NCBI RefSeq assembly: GCF_023055435.1
Contig: NW_025963902.1
Location: 2,539,815 to 2,603,814 of the forward strand
DNA: 64,000 bases
DNA from: Haliotis rufescens
Lineage: Eukaryota
Reading direction: 5' to 3'
The translations under genes and the position numbers were made by a program. Every line of letters starts with the position of its first letter. Positions within the stretch are counted from its first letter, which is position 1. Below are positions 1 to 10,540 of this stretch, piece after piece. The notes beneath the pieces are model-generated. The model did not search any database and was not told the origin of the DNA. It worked only from the letters and a program-made list of their open reading frames with translations.

Positions 1-3000
1 GAGTCAAAATTTAAAAAAAGGAGTATCATCTTGAAACTCGGTAGGCGGGTCGGACAGGTCCCCCCGACCACGTTGACGTTCAAATTGTAGATTTTTAACT
101 ATTTTCACCAGGCCTTAGGGGCGATCGTAGTGTCAAAAGCATGACTTGTCACCATGGGCTGGGGTGCCAAAATTTAAAAAAAGGAGTATCGTCTTGAAAC
201 TCGGTAGGCGGGTCGGACAGGTCCCCCCCGACCACGTTGACGTTCAAATTGTAGATTTTTAACTATTTTCTCCAGGCCTTAGGGGCGATCGTAGTGTCAA
301 AAGCATGACTTGTCACCATGGGCTGGGGTGCCAAAATTTAAAAAAAGGAGTATCGTCTTGAAACTCGGTAGGCGGGTCGGACAGGTCCCCCCGACCACGT
401 TGACGTTCAAATTGTAGATTTTTAACTATTTTCTCCAGGCCTTAGGGGCGATCGTAGTGTCAAAAGCATGACTTGTCACCATGGGCTGGGGTGCCAAAAT
501 TTAAAAAAAGGAGTATCATCTTGAAACTCGGTAGGCGGGTCGGACAGGTCCCCCCGACCACGTTGACGTTCAAATTGTAGATTTTTAAACTATTTTCTCC
601 AGGCCTTAGGGGCGATCGTAGTGTCAAAAGCATGACTTGTCACCATGGGCTGGGGTGCCAAAATTTAAAAAAAGGAGCCAAAATTTAAAAAAGGAGTATC
701 ATCTTGAAACTCGGTAGGCGGGTCGGACAGGTCCCCCCGACCACGTTGACGTTCAAATTGTAGATTTTTAACTATTTTCACCAGGCCTTAGGGGCGATCG
801 TAGTGTCAAAAGCATGACTTGTCACCATGGGCTGGGGTGCCAAAATTTAAAAAAAAGGAGTATCGTCTTGAAACTCGGTAGGCGGGTCGGACAGGTCCCC
901 CCGACCACGTTGACGTTCAAATTGTAGATTTTTAACTATTTTCTCCAGGCCTTAGGGGCGATCGTAGTGTCAAAGCATGACTTGTCACCATGGCTGGGGT
1001 GCCAAAATTTAAAAAAAGGAGTATCGTCTTGAAACTCGGTAGGCGGGTCGGACAGGTCCCCCCGACCACGTTGACGTTCAAATTGTAGATTTTTAACTAT
1101 TTTCTCCAGGCCTTAGGGGCGACCGTAGTGTCAAAAGCATGACTTGTCACCATGGGCTGGGGTGCCAAAATTTAAAAAAAGGAGTATCGTCTTGAAACTC
1201 GGTAGGCGGGTCGGACAGGTCCCTCCGACCACGTTGACGTTCAAATTGTAGATTTTTAACTATTTTCTCCAGGCCTTAGGGGCGATCGTAGTGTCAAAAG
1301 CATGACTTGTCACCATGGGCTGGGGTGCCAAAATTTAAAAAAAGGAGTATCGTCTTGAAACTCGGTAGGCGGGTCGGACAGGTCCCCCCGACCACGTTGA
1401 CGTTCAAATTGTAGATTTTTAACTATTTTCTCCAGGCCTTAGGGGCGATCGTAGTGTCAAAAGCATGACTTGTCACCATGGGCTGGGGTGCCAAAATTTA
1501 AAAAAGGAGTATCGTCTTGAAACTCGGTAGGGCGGGTCGGACAGGTCCCCCCGACCACGTTGACGTTCAAATTGTAGATTTTTAACTATTTTCTCCAGGC
1601 CTTAGGGGCGATCGTAGTGTCAAAAGCATGACTTGTCACCATGGGCTGGGGTGCCAAAATTTAAAAAAAGGAGTATCGTCTTGAAACTCGGTAGGCGGGT
1701 CGGACAGGTCCCTCCGACCACGTTGACGTTCAAATTGTAGATTTTTAACTATTTTCTCCAGGCCTTAGGGGCGATCGTAGTGTCAAAAGCATGACTTATC
1801 ACCATGGGCTGGGGTGCCAAAATTTAAAAAAAGGAGTATCGTCTTGAAACTCGGTAGGCGGGTCGGACAGGTCCCCCCGACCACGTTGACGTTCAAATTG
1901 TAGATTTTTAACTATTTTCTCCAGGCCTTAGGGGCGATCGTAGTGTCAAAAGCATGACTTGTCACCATGGGCTGGGGTGCCAAAATTTAAAAAAAGGAGT
2001 ATCGTCTTGAAACTCGGTAGGCGGGTCGGACAGGTCCCCCCGACCACGTTGACGTTCAAATTGTAGATTTTTAACTATTTTCTCCAAGCCTAAGGGGCGA
2101 TCGTAGTGTCAAAAGCATGACTTGTCACCATGGGCTGGGGTGCCAACATTTAAAAAAAGGAGTATCGTCTTGAAACTCGGTAGGGCGGGTCGGACAGGTC
2201 CCCCCGACCACGTTGACGTTCAAATTGTAGATTTTTAACTATTTTCACCAGGCCTTAGGGGCGATCGTAGTGTCAAAAGCATGACTTGTCACCATGGGCT
2301 GGGGTGCCAAAATTTAAAAAAAGGAGTATCGTCTTGAAACTCGGTAGGCGGGTCGGACAGGTCCCCCCGACCACGTTGACGTTCAAATTGTAGATTTTTA
2401 ACTTTTTTCTCCAGGCCTTAGGGGCGATCGTAGTGTCAAAAGCATGACTTGTCACCATGGGCTGGGGTGCCAAAATTTAAAAAAAGGAGTATCGTCTTGA
2501 AACTCGGTAGGCGGGTCGGACAGGTCCCCCCGACCACGTTGACGTTCAAATTGTAGATTTTTAACTATTTTCTCCAGGCCTTAGGGGCGATCGTAGTGTC
2601 AAAAGCATGACTTGTCACCATGGGCTGGGGTGCCAAAATTTAAAAAAAGGAGTATCGTCTTGAAACTCGGTAGGCGGGTCGGACAGGTCCCCCCGACCAC
2701 GTTGACGTTCAAATTGTAGATTTTTAGCTATTTTCTCCAGGCCTTAGGGGCGATCGTAGTGTCAAAAGCATGACTTGTCACCATGGGCAGGGGTGCCAAA
2801 ATTTAAAAAAAGGAGTATCGTCTTGAAACTCGGTAGGCGGGTCGGACAGGTCCCCCCGACCACGTTGACGTTCAAATTGTAGATTTTTAGCTATTTTCTC
2901 CAGGCCTTAGGGGCGATCGTAGTGTCAAAAGGATGGCTTGTCACCATGGGCATGAGTGCCAAAATTTAAAAAAAGGAGTATCATCTTGAAACTCGGTAGG

Positions 3001-6000
3001 CGGGTCGGACAGGACCCCCCGACCACGTTGACGCTCAAACTGTGCATTTTTAGCGATGTTCTCCAGGCCTTAGGGTCATCATTGTGTCAAAAATATGGCT
3101 TGTCACCATGGGTATGGCTGCCAAAATTTCAAAAAAATAGAATCATTTTGAAACTCGGTTGGCGGGTCGGACAGGACCCCCGACCACGTTGACGCTCAAA
3201 CTGTGCATTTTTAGCGATGTTCTCCAGGCCTTAGGGTCATCATTGTGTCAAAAGGATGGATTGTCACCATGGGTTTGGCTGCCAAAATTTCAAAAAAAAA
3301 TAGAATCATCTTGAAACTCGGTTCGCGGGTCGGACAGGACCCCCCGACCACGTTGACGCTCAAACTGTGCATTTTTAGCGATGTTCTCCAGGCCTTAGGG
3401 TCATCATTGTGTCAAAAGGATGGCTTGTCACCATGGGTATGGCTGCCAAAATTTCAAAAAAGGAGTATCATCTTGAAACTCGGTAGGCGGGTCGGACAGG
3501 ACCCCCCGACCACGTTGACTCTCAAACTGTGCATTTTTAGCGATGTTCTCCAGGCCTTAGGGCCATCATTGTGTCAAAAGGATGGCTTGTCACCATGGGC
3601 ATGGGTGCCAAAATTTCAAAAAAGGAGTATCATCTTGAAACTCGGTAGGCGGGTCGGACAGGACCCCCCGACCACGTTGACGTTCAAATTGTAGATTTTT
3701 AACTATTTTCTCCAGGCCTTAGGGGCGATCGTAGTGTCAAAAGCATGACTTGTCACCATGGGCTGGGGTGCCAAAATTTAAAAAAAGGAGTATCGTCTTG
3801 AAACTCGGTAGGCGGGTCGGACAGGTCCCCCCGACCACGTTGACGTTCAAATTGTAGATTTTTAACTATTTTCTCCAGGCCTTAGGGGCGATCGTAGTGT
3901 CAAAAGCATGACTTGTCACCATGGGCTGGGGTGCCGAAATTTAAAAAAAGGAGTATCGTCTTGAAACTCGGTAGGCGGGTCGGACAGGTCCCCCCGACCA
4001 CGTTGACGTTCAAATTGTAGATTTTTAACTATTTTCTCCAGGCCTTAGGGGCGATCGTAGTGTCAAAAGCATGACTTGTCACCATGGGCTGGGGTGCCAA
4101 AATTTAAAAAAAGGAGTATCGTCTTGAAACTCGGTAGGCGGGTCGGACAGGTCCCCCCGACCACGTTGACGTTCAAATTGTAGATTTTTAGCTATTTTCT
4201 CCAGGCCTTAGGGGCGATCGTAGTGTCAAAAGCATGACTTGTCACCATGGGCAGGGGTGCCAAAATTTAAAAAAAGGAGTATCGTCTTGAAACTCGGTAG
4301 GCGGGTCGGACAGGTCCCCCCGACCACGTTGACGTTCAAATTGTAGATTTTTAGCTATTTTCTCCAGGCCTTAGGGGCGATCGTAGTGTCAAAAGCATGA
4401 CTTGTCACCATGGGCAGGGGTGCCAAAATTTAAAAAAAGGAGTATCGTCTTGAAACTCGGTAGGCGGGTCGGACAGGTCCCCCCCCCCCCCCCCCCCCCC
4501 CCCCCGACCACGTTGACGCTCAAACTGTGCATTTTTAGCGATGTTCTCCAGGCCTTAGGGCCATCATTGTGTCAAAAGGATGGCTTGTCACCATGGGCAT
4601 GGGTGCCAAAATTTCAAAGAAGGAGTATCATCTTGAAACTCGGTAGGCGGGTCGGACAGGATCCCCCGACCACGTTGACGCTCAAACTGTGCATTTTTAG
4701 CGATGTTCTCCAGGCCTTAGGGCCATCATTGTGTCAAAAGGATGGCTTTTCACCATGGGCATGGGTGCCAAAATTTCAAAAAAGGAGTATCATCTTGAAA
4801 CTCGGTAGGAGTTCGGACAGGACCCCCCGACCACGTTGACGCTCAAACTGTGCATTTTTAGCGATGTTCTCCAGGCCTTAGGGTCATCATTGTGTCAAAA
4901 GGATGGATTGCCACCATGGGTATGGCTGCCAAAATTTCAAAAAAATAGAATCATCTTGAAACTCGGTAGGCGGATCGGACAGGACCCCCGACCACGTTGA
5001 CGCTCAAACTGTGCATTTTTAGCGATGTTCTCCAGGCCTTAGGGCCATCATTGTGTCAAAAGGATGGCTTGTCACCATGGGCATGGGTGCCAAAATTTCA
5101 AAAAAGGAGTATCATCTTGAAACTCGGTAGGCGGGTCGGACAGGACCCCCCGACCACGTTGACGCTCAAACTGTGCATTTTTAGCGATGTTCTCCAGGCC
5201 TTAGGGTCATCATTGTGTCAAAAATATGGCTTGTCACCATGGGTATGGCTGCCAAAATTTCAAAAAAATAGAATCATTTTGAAACTCGGTTGGCGGGTCG
5301 GACAGGACCCCCGACCACGTTGACGCTCAAACTGTGCATTTTTAGCGATGTTCTCCAGGCCTTAGGGTCATCATTGTGTCAAAAGGATGGATTGTCACCA
5401 TGGGTATGGCTGCCAAAATTTCAAAAAAATAGAATCATCTTGAAACTCGGTTCGCGGGTCGGACAGGACCCCCCGACCACGTTGACGCTCAAACTGTGCA
5501 TTTTTAGCGATGTTCTCCAGGCCTTAGGGTCATCATTGTGTCAAAAGGATGGCTTGTCACCATGGGTATGGCTGCCAAAATTTCAAAAAAGGAGTATCAT
5601 CTTGAAACTCGGTAGGCGGGTCGGACAGGACCCCCCGACCACGTTGACTCTCAAACTGTGCATTTTTAGCGATGTTCTCCAGGCCTTAGGGCCATCATTG
5701 TGTCAAAAGGATGGCTTGTCACCATGGGCATGGGTGCCAAAATTTCAAAAAAGGAGTATCATCTTGAAACTCGGTAGGCGGGTCGGACAGGACCCCCCGA
5801 CCACGTTGACGCTGAAACTGTGCATTTTTAGCGATGTTCTCCAGGCCTTAGGGCCATCATTGTGTCAAAAGGATGGCTTGTCACCATGGGCATGGGTGCC
5901 AAAATTTCAAAAAAGGAGTATCATCTTGAAACTCGGTAGGCGGGTCGGACAGGACCCCCCGACCACGTTGACGCTCAAACTGTGCATTTTTAGCGATGTT

Positions 6001-7935
6001 CTCCAGGCCTTAGGGTCATCATTGTGTCAAAAGGATGGATTGTCACCATGGGTATGGCTGCCAAAATTTCAAAAAAATAGAATCATCTTGAAACTCGGTA
6101 GGCGGATCGGACAGGACCCCCCGACCACGTTGACGCTCAAACTGTGCATTTTTAGCGATGTTCTCCAGGCCTTAGGGCCATCATTGTGTCAAAAGGGTGG
6201 CTTGTCACCATGGGCATGGGTGCCAAAATTTCAAAAAAGGAGTATCATCTTGAAACTCGGTAGGCGGGTCGGACAGGACCCCCCGACCACGTTGACGCTC
6301 AAACTGTGCATTTTTAGCGATGTTCTCCAGGCCTTAGGGCCATCATTGTGTCAAAAGGATGGCTTGTCACCATGGGCATGAGTGCCAAAATTTCAAAAAA
6401 GGAGTATCATCTTGAAACTCGGTAGGCGGGTCGGACAGGACCCCCCGACCACGTTGACGCTCAAACTGTGCATTTTTAGCGATGTTCTCCAGGCCTTAGG
6501 GTCATCATTGTGTCAAAAATATGGCTTGTCACCATGGGTATGGCTGCCAAAATTTCAAAAAAATAGAATCATCTTGAAACTCGGTTGGCGGGTCGGACAG
6601 GACCCCCCGACCACGTTGACGCTCAAACTGTGCATTTTTAGCGATGTTCTCCAGGCCTTAGGGTCATCATTGTGTCAGAAGGATGGCTTGTCACCATGGA
6701 TATGGCTGCCAAAATTTCAAAAAAGGAGTATCATCTTGAAACTCGGTAGGCGGGTCGGACAGGACCCCCCGACCACGTTGACGCTCAAACTGTGCATTTT
6801 TAGCGATGTTCTCCAGGCCTTAGGGCCATCATTGTGTCAAAAGGATGGCTTGTCACCATGGGCATGGGTGTCAAAATTTCAAAAAAGGATTATCATCTTG
6901 AAACTCGGTAGGCGGGTCGGACAGGACCCCCCGACCACGTTGACGCTCAAACTGTGCATTTTTAGCGATGTTCTCCAGGCCTTTGGGTCATCATTGTGTC
7001 AAAAGGATGGCTTGTCACCATGGGTATGGCTGCCAAAATTTCAAAAAAATAGAATCATCTTGAAACTCGGTTGGCGGGTCGGACAGGACCCCCGACCACG
7101 TTGACGCTCAAACTGTGCATTTTTAGCGATGTTCTCCAGGCCTTAGGGCCATCACTGTGTCAAAAGGATGGCTTGTCACCATGGGCATGGGTGCCAAAAT
7201 TTCAAAAAAGGAGTATCATCTTGAAACTCGGTAGGCGGGTCGGACAGGACCCCCCGACCACGTTGACGCTCAAACTGTGCATTTTTAGCGATGTTCTCCA
7301 GGCCTTAGGGCCATCATTGTGTCAAAAGGATGGCTTGTCACCATGGGCATGGGTGCCAAAATTTCAAAAAAGGAGTATCATCTTGAAACTCGGTAGGCGG
7401 GTCGGACAGGACCCCCCGACCACGTTGACGCTCAAACTGTGCATTTTTAGCGATGTTCTCCAGGCCTTAGGGTCATCATTGTGTCAAAAGGATGGCTTGT
7501 CACCATGGGTATGGCTGCCAAAATTTCAAAAAAATAGAATCATCTTGAAACTCGGTAGGCGGGTCGGACAGGACCCCCGACCACGTTGACGCTCAAACTG
7601 TGCATTTTTAGCGATGTTCTCCAGGCCTTAGGGCCATCATTGTGTCAAAAGGATGGCTTGTCACCATGGGCATGGGTGCCAAAATTTCAAAAAAGGAGTA
7701 TCATCTTGAAACTCGGTAGGCGGGTCGGACAGGACCCCCCGACCACGTTGACGCTCAAACTGTGCATTTTTAGCGATGTTCTCCAGGCCTTAGGTCCATC
7801 ATTGTGTCAAAAGGATGGCTTGTCACCATGGGCATGGGTGCTAAAATTTCAAAAAAGGAGTATCATCTTGAAACTCGGTAGGCGGGTCGGACAGGACCCC
7901 CCGACCACGTTGACGCTCAAACTGTGCATTTTTAC
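1..7935. repeat. Satellite DNA array with a ~163-bp monomer and about 48 copies. It continues past the window start. Subfamily A (core 'ggtccccccgaccacgttgacgttcaaattgtagatttttaactattttctccaggccttaggggcgatcgtagtgtcaaaagcatgacttgtcaccatgggctggggtgccaaaatttaaaaaaaggagtatcgtcttgaaactcggtaggcgggtcggaca') occupies 1-2940 and 3670-4490. Subfamily B ('...gacgctcaaactgtgcatttttagcgatgttctccaggccttagggccatcattgtgtcaaaaggatggcttgtcaccatgggcatgggtgccaaaatttcaaaaaaggagtatcatcttg...') occupies 2940-3670 and 4500-7935.
   Basis: The monomer period is 163-164 bp, measured from recurring 'gccaaaattt' at 166, 330 and 493. Sub-variants B2 ('aaaatatggc...aatagaatcattttg...ggttggcgg') and B3 ('ggatggattg...ggttcgcgg') recur at 3078/5221/6508 and 3243/5386/6035. 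The block 2950-3670 is repeated at 5095-5815. Each monomer carries the palindrome ggtcggacagg(t/a)cccccgacc. The track ORFs here (363 aa and others) arise because 163 is not a multiple of 3. Confidence 0.95.
4479..4505. repeat. Expanded poly-C homopolymer of about 27 C. It replaces the C5-C7 run found at the same position in every other satellite monomer.
   Basis: The sequence reads 'caggtcccccccccccccccccccccccccccgaccacg', whereas the other monomers have 'caggtccccccgacc'. Confidence 0.9.
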
Positions 7936-7954
7936 ACAAGAGAAAAAATACCCA

Positions 7955-8055
7955 TATATACAAAATATCCAATTTTGTATATTTGGTATTTCCAAAATAT
8001 ACAATTTTGTATAGTTGGTTTTTCCAAAACTATACAATTTTGTATATATGGAGAG
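7955..8055. repeat. Three tandem copies of a ~27-bp motif 'ttccaaaa(t/c)atacaattttgtata' at the distal edge of the satellite.
   Basis: Direct repeats are visible at 7967, 7995 and 8022. Confidence 0.7.
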
Positions 8056-8284
8056 ATTTTACCACAGCTTCATTGAATTTTTTGAACTCGCAAGAGGTTT
8101 TCTTGGGGTTTGAAACTAATGTTACCGAACAGTATTTTTTCACGTGACAATAACATGTTAATACTATTTCATTATGGCAACTATATTTGATGTGTTATGA
8201 AATAAATTTTATTTCTTTATGTTGACTGCATTTTACATAAGAAATAGAACATTTGTGCAGATTTTAGTAACAGATAATGTAAAT

Positions 8285-8645
8285 AATACCGCTGTCTTAA
8301 TTAGATCGCGGTTTGAAAAAGCACTGTTTGGATAACGAAAGGCTGCTGCTGTTTTAATTAGGTCGGAGTTAGAAAAGCTCTGTTTGTTTAACGAAAGGCT
8401 GCAGCTGTATAAACTTAATTGGGGTTAGAAAAGCACTGTTTGTATAACGAAAGGCTGCCGCTGTCTTAACTAGGTCGGGGTTAGAAAAGCACTGTTTGTA
8501 TGGGGAAAGGCTGCCGCTGTCTTAACTAAATCGGGGTTAGAAAAAACACTGTTTGTATAGCGAATGACAGACGCTGTCTTAAATAAATCGGGGTTAGAAA
8601 AGCACTGGTTGTATAACGAGAGGCTGTCGCTGTCTAAACTAGAAT
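8285..8645. repeat. Minisatellite with a ~59-bp unit and about 6 copies ('cttaattagatcgcggtttgaaaaagcactgtttggataacgaaaggctgctgctgt' and variants).
   Basis: 'gtcttaa(c/t)ta...cggggttagaaaagcactgtttgtat..cgaaaggctgc.gctgt' recurs at 8293, 8352, 8411, 8469, 8528 and 8585. Confidence 0.85.
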
Positions 8646-8989
8646 AACCACTAAACGGAATAGCAAGAGAGTAGCCTTTTAGCGATTGTCACGATCATTG
8701 CAAAATAATAGATAAAAAATCCATGAATTTAAAATTGTACAAGGAAACATATATAGGAAACACATCGTTGGAATAAATTCCTATTATATTACGTTCACGA
8801 CATTAGTTCTGGAGTTTTCAAAGTAAAATTTAATATATATGTTCCTGTGATTTCATGTAATGGTGATTCTAAATATGAAATATTGGTTGATATTGTTTGT
8901 CAAACAGTTGTACACACCGTCCATTGTGATACTTCTACTTAAGGATGTTTGTTTAGTCAATTGGCATGCGTTCATTGTAAACAAGGATC

Positions 8990-10540
8990 ATTAGTGTGAA
9001 AGGATGGTTATATCCCATTAGTTAGACATCCCATTAGTTAGACGTCCCAATTGTTAGACATGTTTATTTAGGCAAAGAGGGAATATACCTACAGGTGTAA
9101 TGGATCAGTCCTAATTAGATTAAAGTACTGGGTAGGGAAAGGGGACTCACAGTTTAGGGAGTATATATGTTATAATTTCGTTTAATTAACCTAAAAATTA
9201 CCTTACTCTCAGCACAGGTTCAATAGGCATGAGATTAACTATGTAAACTATGGAGTAGCTTAATTGTCTTACTGTATGATCAGTTGAAGGGGTTGAGTTT
9301 AGATTATCTACTCATAATAAATGATCTTGGGGTACGTATCGTTATCAGTATCGATATGGCTGGTTTAAGGAAAGTAGAGTTTTCACCTCTCGGCGTGGAA
9401 GTGAGCAGTTGATAATAGATGGATATATTTGCAACAGAAACCGCGAGAGGCAAACCTGCACACATTGGAGATGTGTCGTCAAGACGTGCAATGGGAAATG
9501 TACGACTGTCGGTGACTTTCTTTGAAATCAGTCGGAACATAACCATCCGCCTGAAGATGAAACCAGAGTGAACTTTGTCAGCAATCTTCGTAAAAGAGCT
9601 CGAGAAGAAACCACACAGATGCAGGCATTGTACGAGGAGCAAGTCACCCAAGTAGATGAAGCCAACATGCCAGCGATGCCATCATTTCAGAGCGTGAAAA
9701 GTGCACTTTACAGGTAAATATCATCCCGTATTTTTTACTTGGTTAGAATTTACTTCTTTTTTTTAGGTCCCACATAACTTGTTTCGCTCTTAAACATGTC
9801 AAGTTAATGAAATCATGATCAATATTTCATGTAACATATGTGTAACTGTTCCTTTGCTCTTGTTCAGGTGTTACATTCCAGCGTTACCCAGGTCGCGGTC
9901 AGCAGTAGACATTGAAGACAAATGGTCAGAGACAACAGATGGACGTCCCTTTCTACTGTTCAGCGACGGCGGCGATGACAAGATCCTGGCTTTCTCCACT
10001 GCAGAACAGATACAAGCCCTCCAGGAAGCTGACACCCTTTATATGGATGGTACCTTCACAGCATGTCCAGGTTTATGGGATCAAGTATACATCATTCATG
10101 CCAGAGTTGGTCCCATCACCTTCCCTCTAGTGTTCGCCCTTTTGCCAGATCGCCAAGCAACAACCTATGGCCGGCTTTTTCGACAACTGAAGACAGAAGT
10201 TCAAGAGCGACTCAACAGACCTGTCACCTAGCACACTTGCTTCGTCTGGGATAAATAAACTGTAAAAGTTATTAAATGTAAAGTGTACATTACCAAAAAC
10301 TGTCACAAAGTGTTGTTACAAACTGTATAAAATTTATCAAATGTAAAGTGTCATTAAATGTTAAGTATAATATTAAAGTATGTATTTAAAGCTGCTTTGC
10401 TTTGTTTGTCAGATCTTACCTGGACTATTCCATTTTAAAGTCTGAGGTAACAAGCATAAGGATTAGTGTGCACTCAACCGTTTAAAGTGTTGTTATAAGC
10501 TGTCTAACTATTGGGACGTCTAACTAATGGGAGGACACCG
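8990..10540 (+). mobile_element. Internally deleted and decayed MULE (Mutator-like) DNA transposon. It is bounded by ~30-bp inverted repeats and encodes a FLYWCH zinc finger plus part of a MULE transposase domain.
   Basis: The left repeat 'cccattagttagacgtcccaattgttagaca' (9027-9058) is the reverse complement of the right repeat 'tgtctaactattgggacgtctaactaatggga' (10503-10535). The internal ORFs carry FLYWCH and MULE motifs (see next feature). Confidence 0.6.
9367..10231 (+). pseudogene. Transposase remnant in two exons, 9367-9713 and 9868-10231, separated by a GT-AG intron. The N-terminal FLYWCH zinc finger (KESRVFTSRRGSEQLIIDGYIFATETARGKPAHWRCVVKTCNGKCTTVGDFL*NQSEHNHPP) contains an in-frame TGA at 9523-9525. 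The C-terminal part carries a MULE core (LYMDGTFTACPGLWDQVYIIHARVGPITFPLVFALLPDRQATTYGRLFRQL) and is truncated after ~120 aa.
   Basis: The FLYWCH signature (F..S.RG..L..DGY.F....W.C..C..C......H.HPP) and the MULE signature (DGTF....YQL.TIH......P.AFAL...K....Y..LF..L) were recognised by eye. Donor 'tacag|gtaaat' is at 9713/9714 and acceptor 'tgttcag|gtg' at 9867/9868, with the reading frame continuous across the splice. The premature stop and the missing C-terminal two thirds make it a pseudogene. Confidence 0.55.

Noticed and set aside
2956-8014. A series of long + strand ORFs (78-363 aa; KLGRRVGQDPPTTLTLKLCIFSDVLQALG… repeated) inside the 163-bp satellite.
   Set aside because: The peptide repeats with the 163-bp DNA period. 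163 is not divisible by 3, so the frame cycles every 3 monomers. These are stop-free frames of a satellite, not genes. There is no start context, and the same ORF appears in all three phases.
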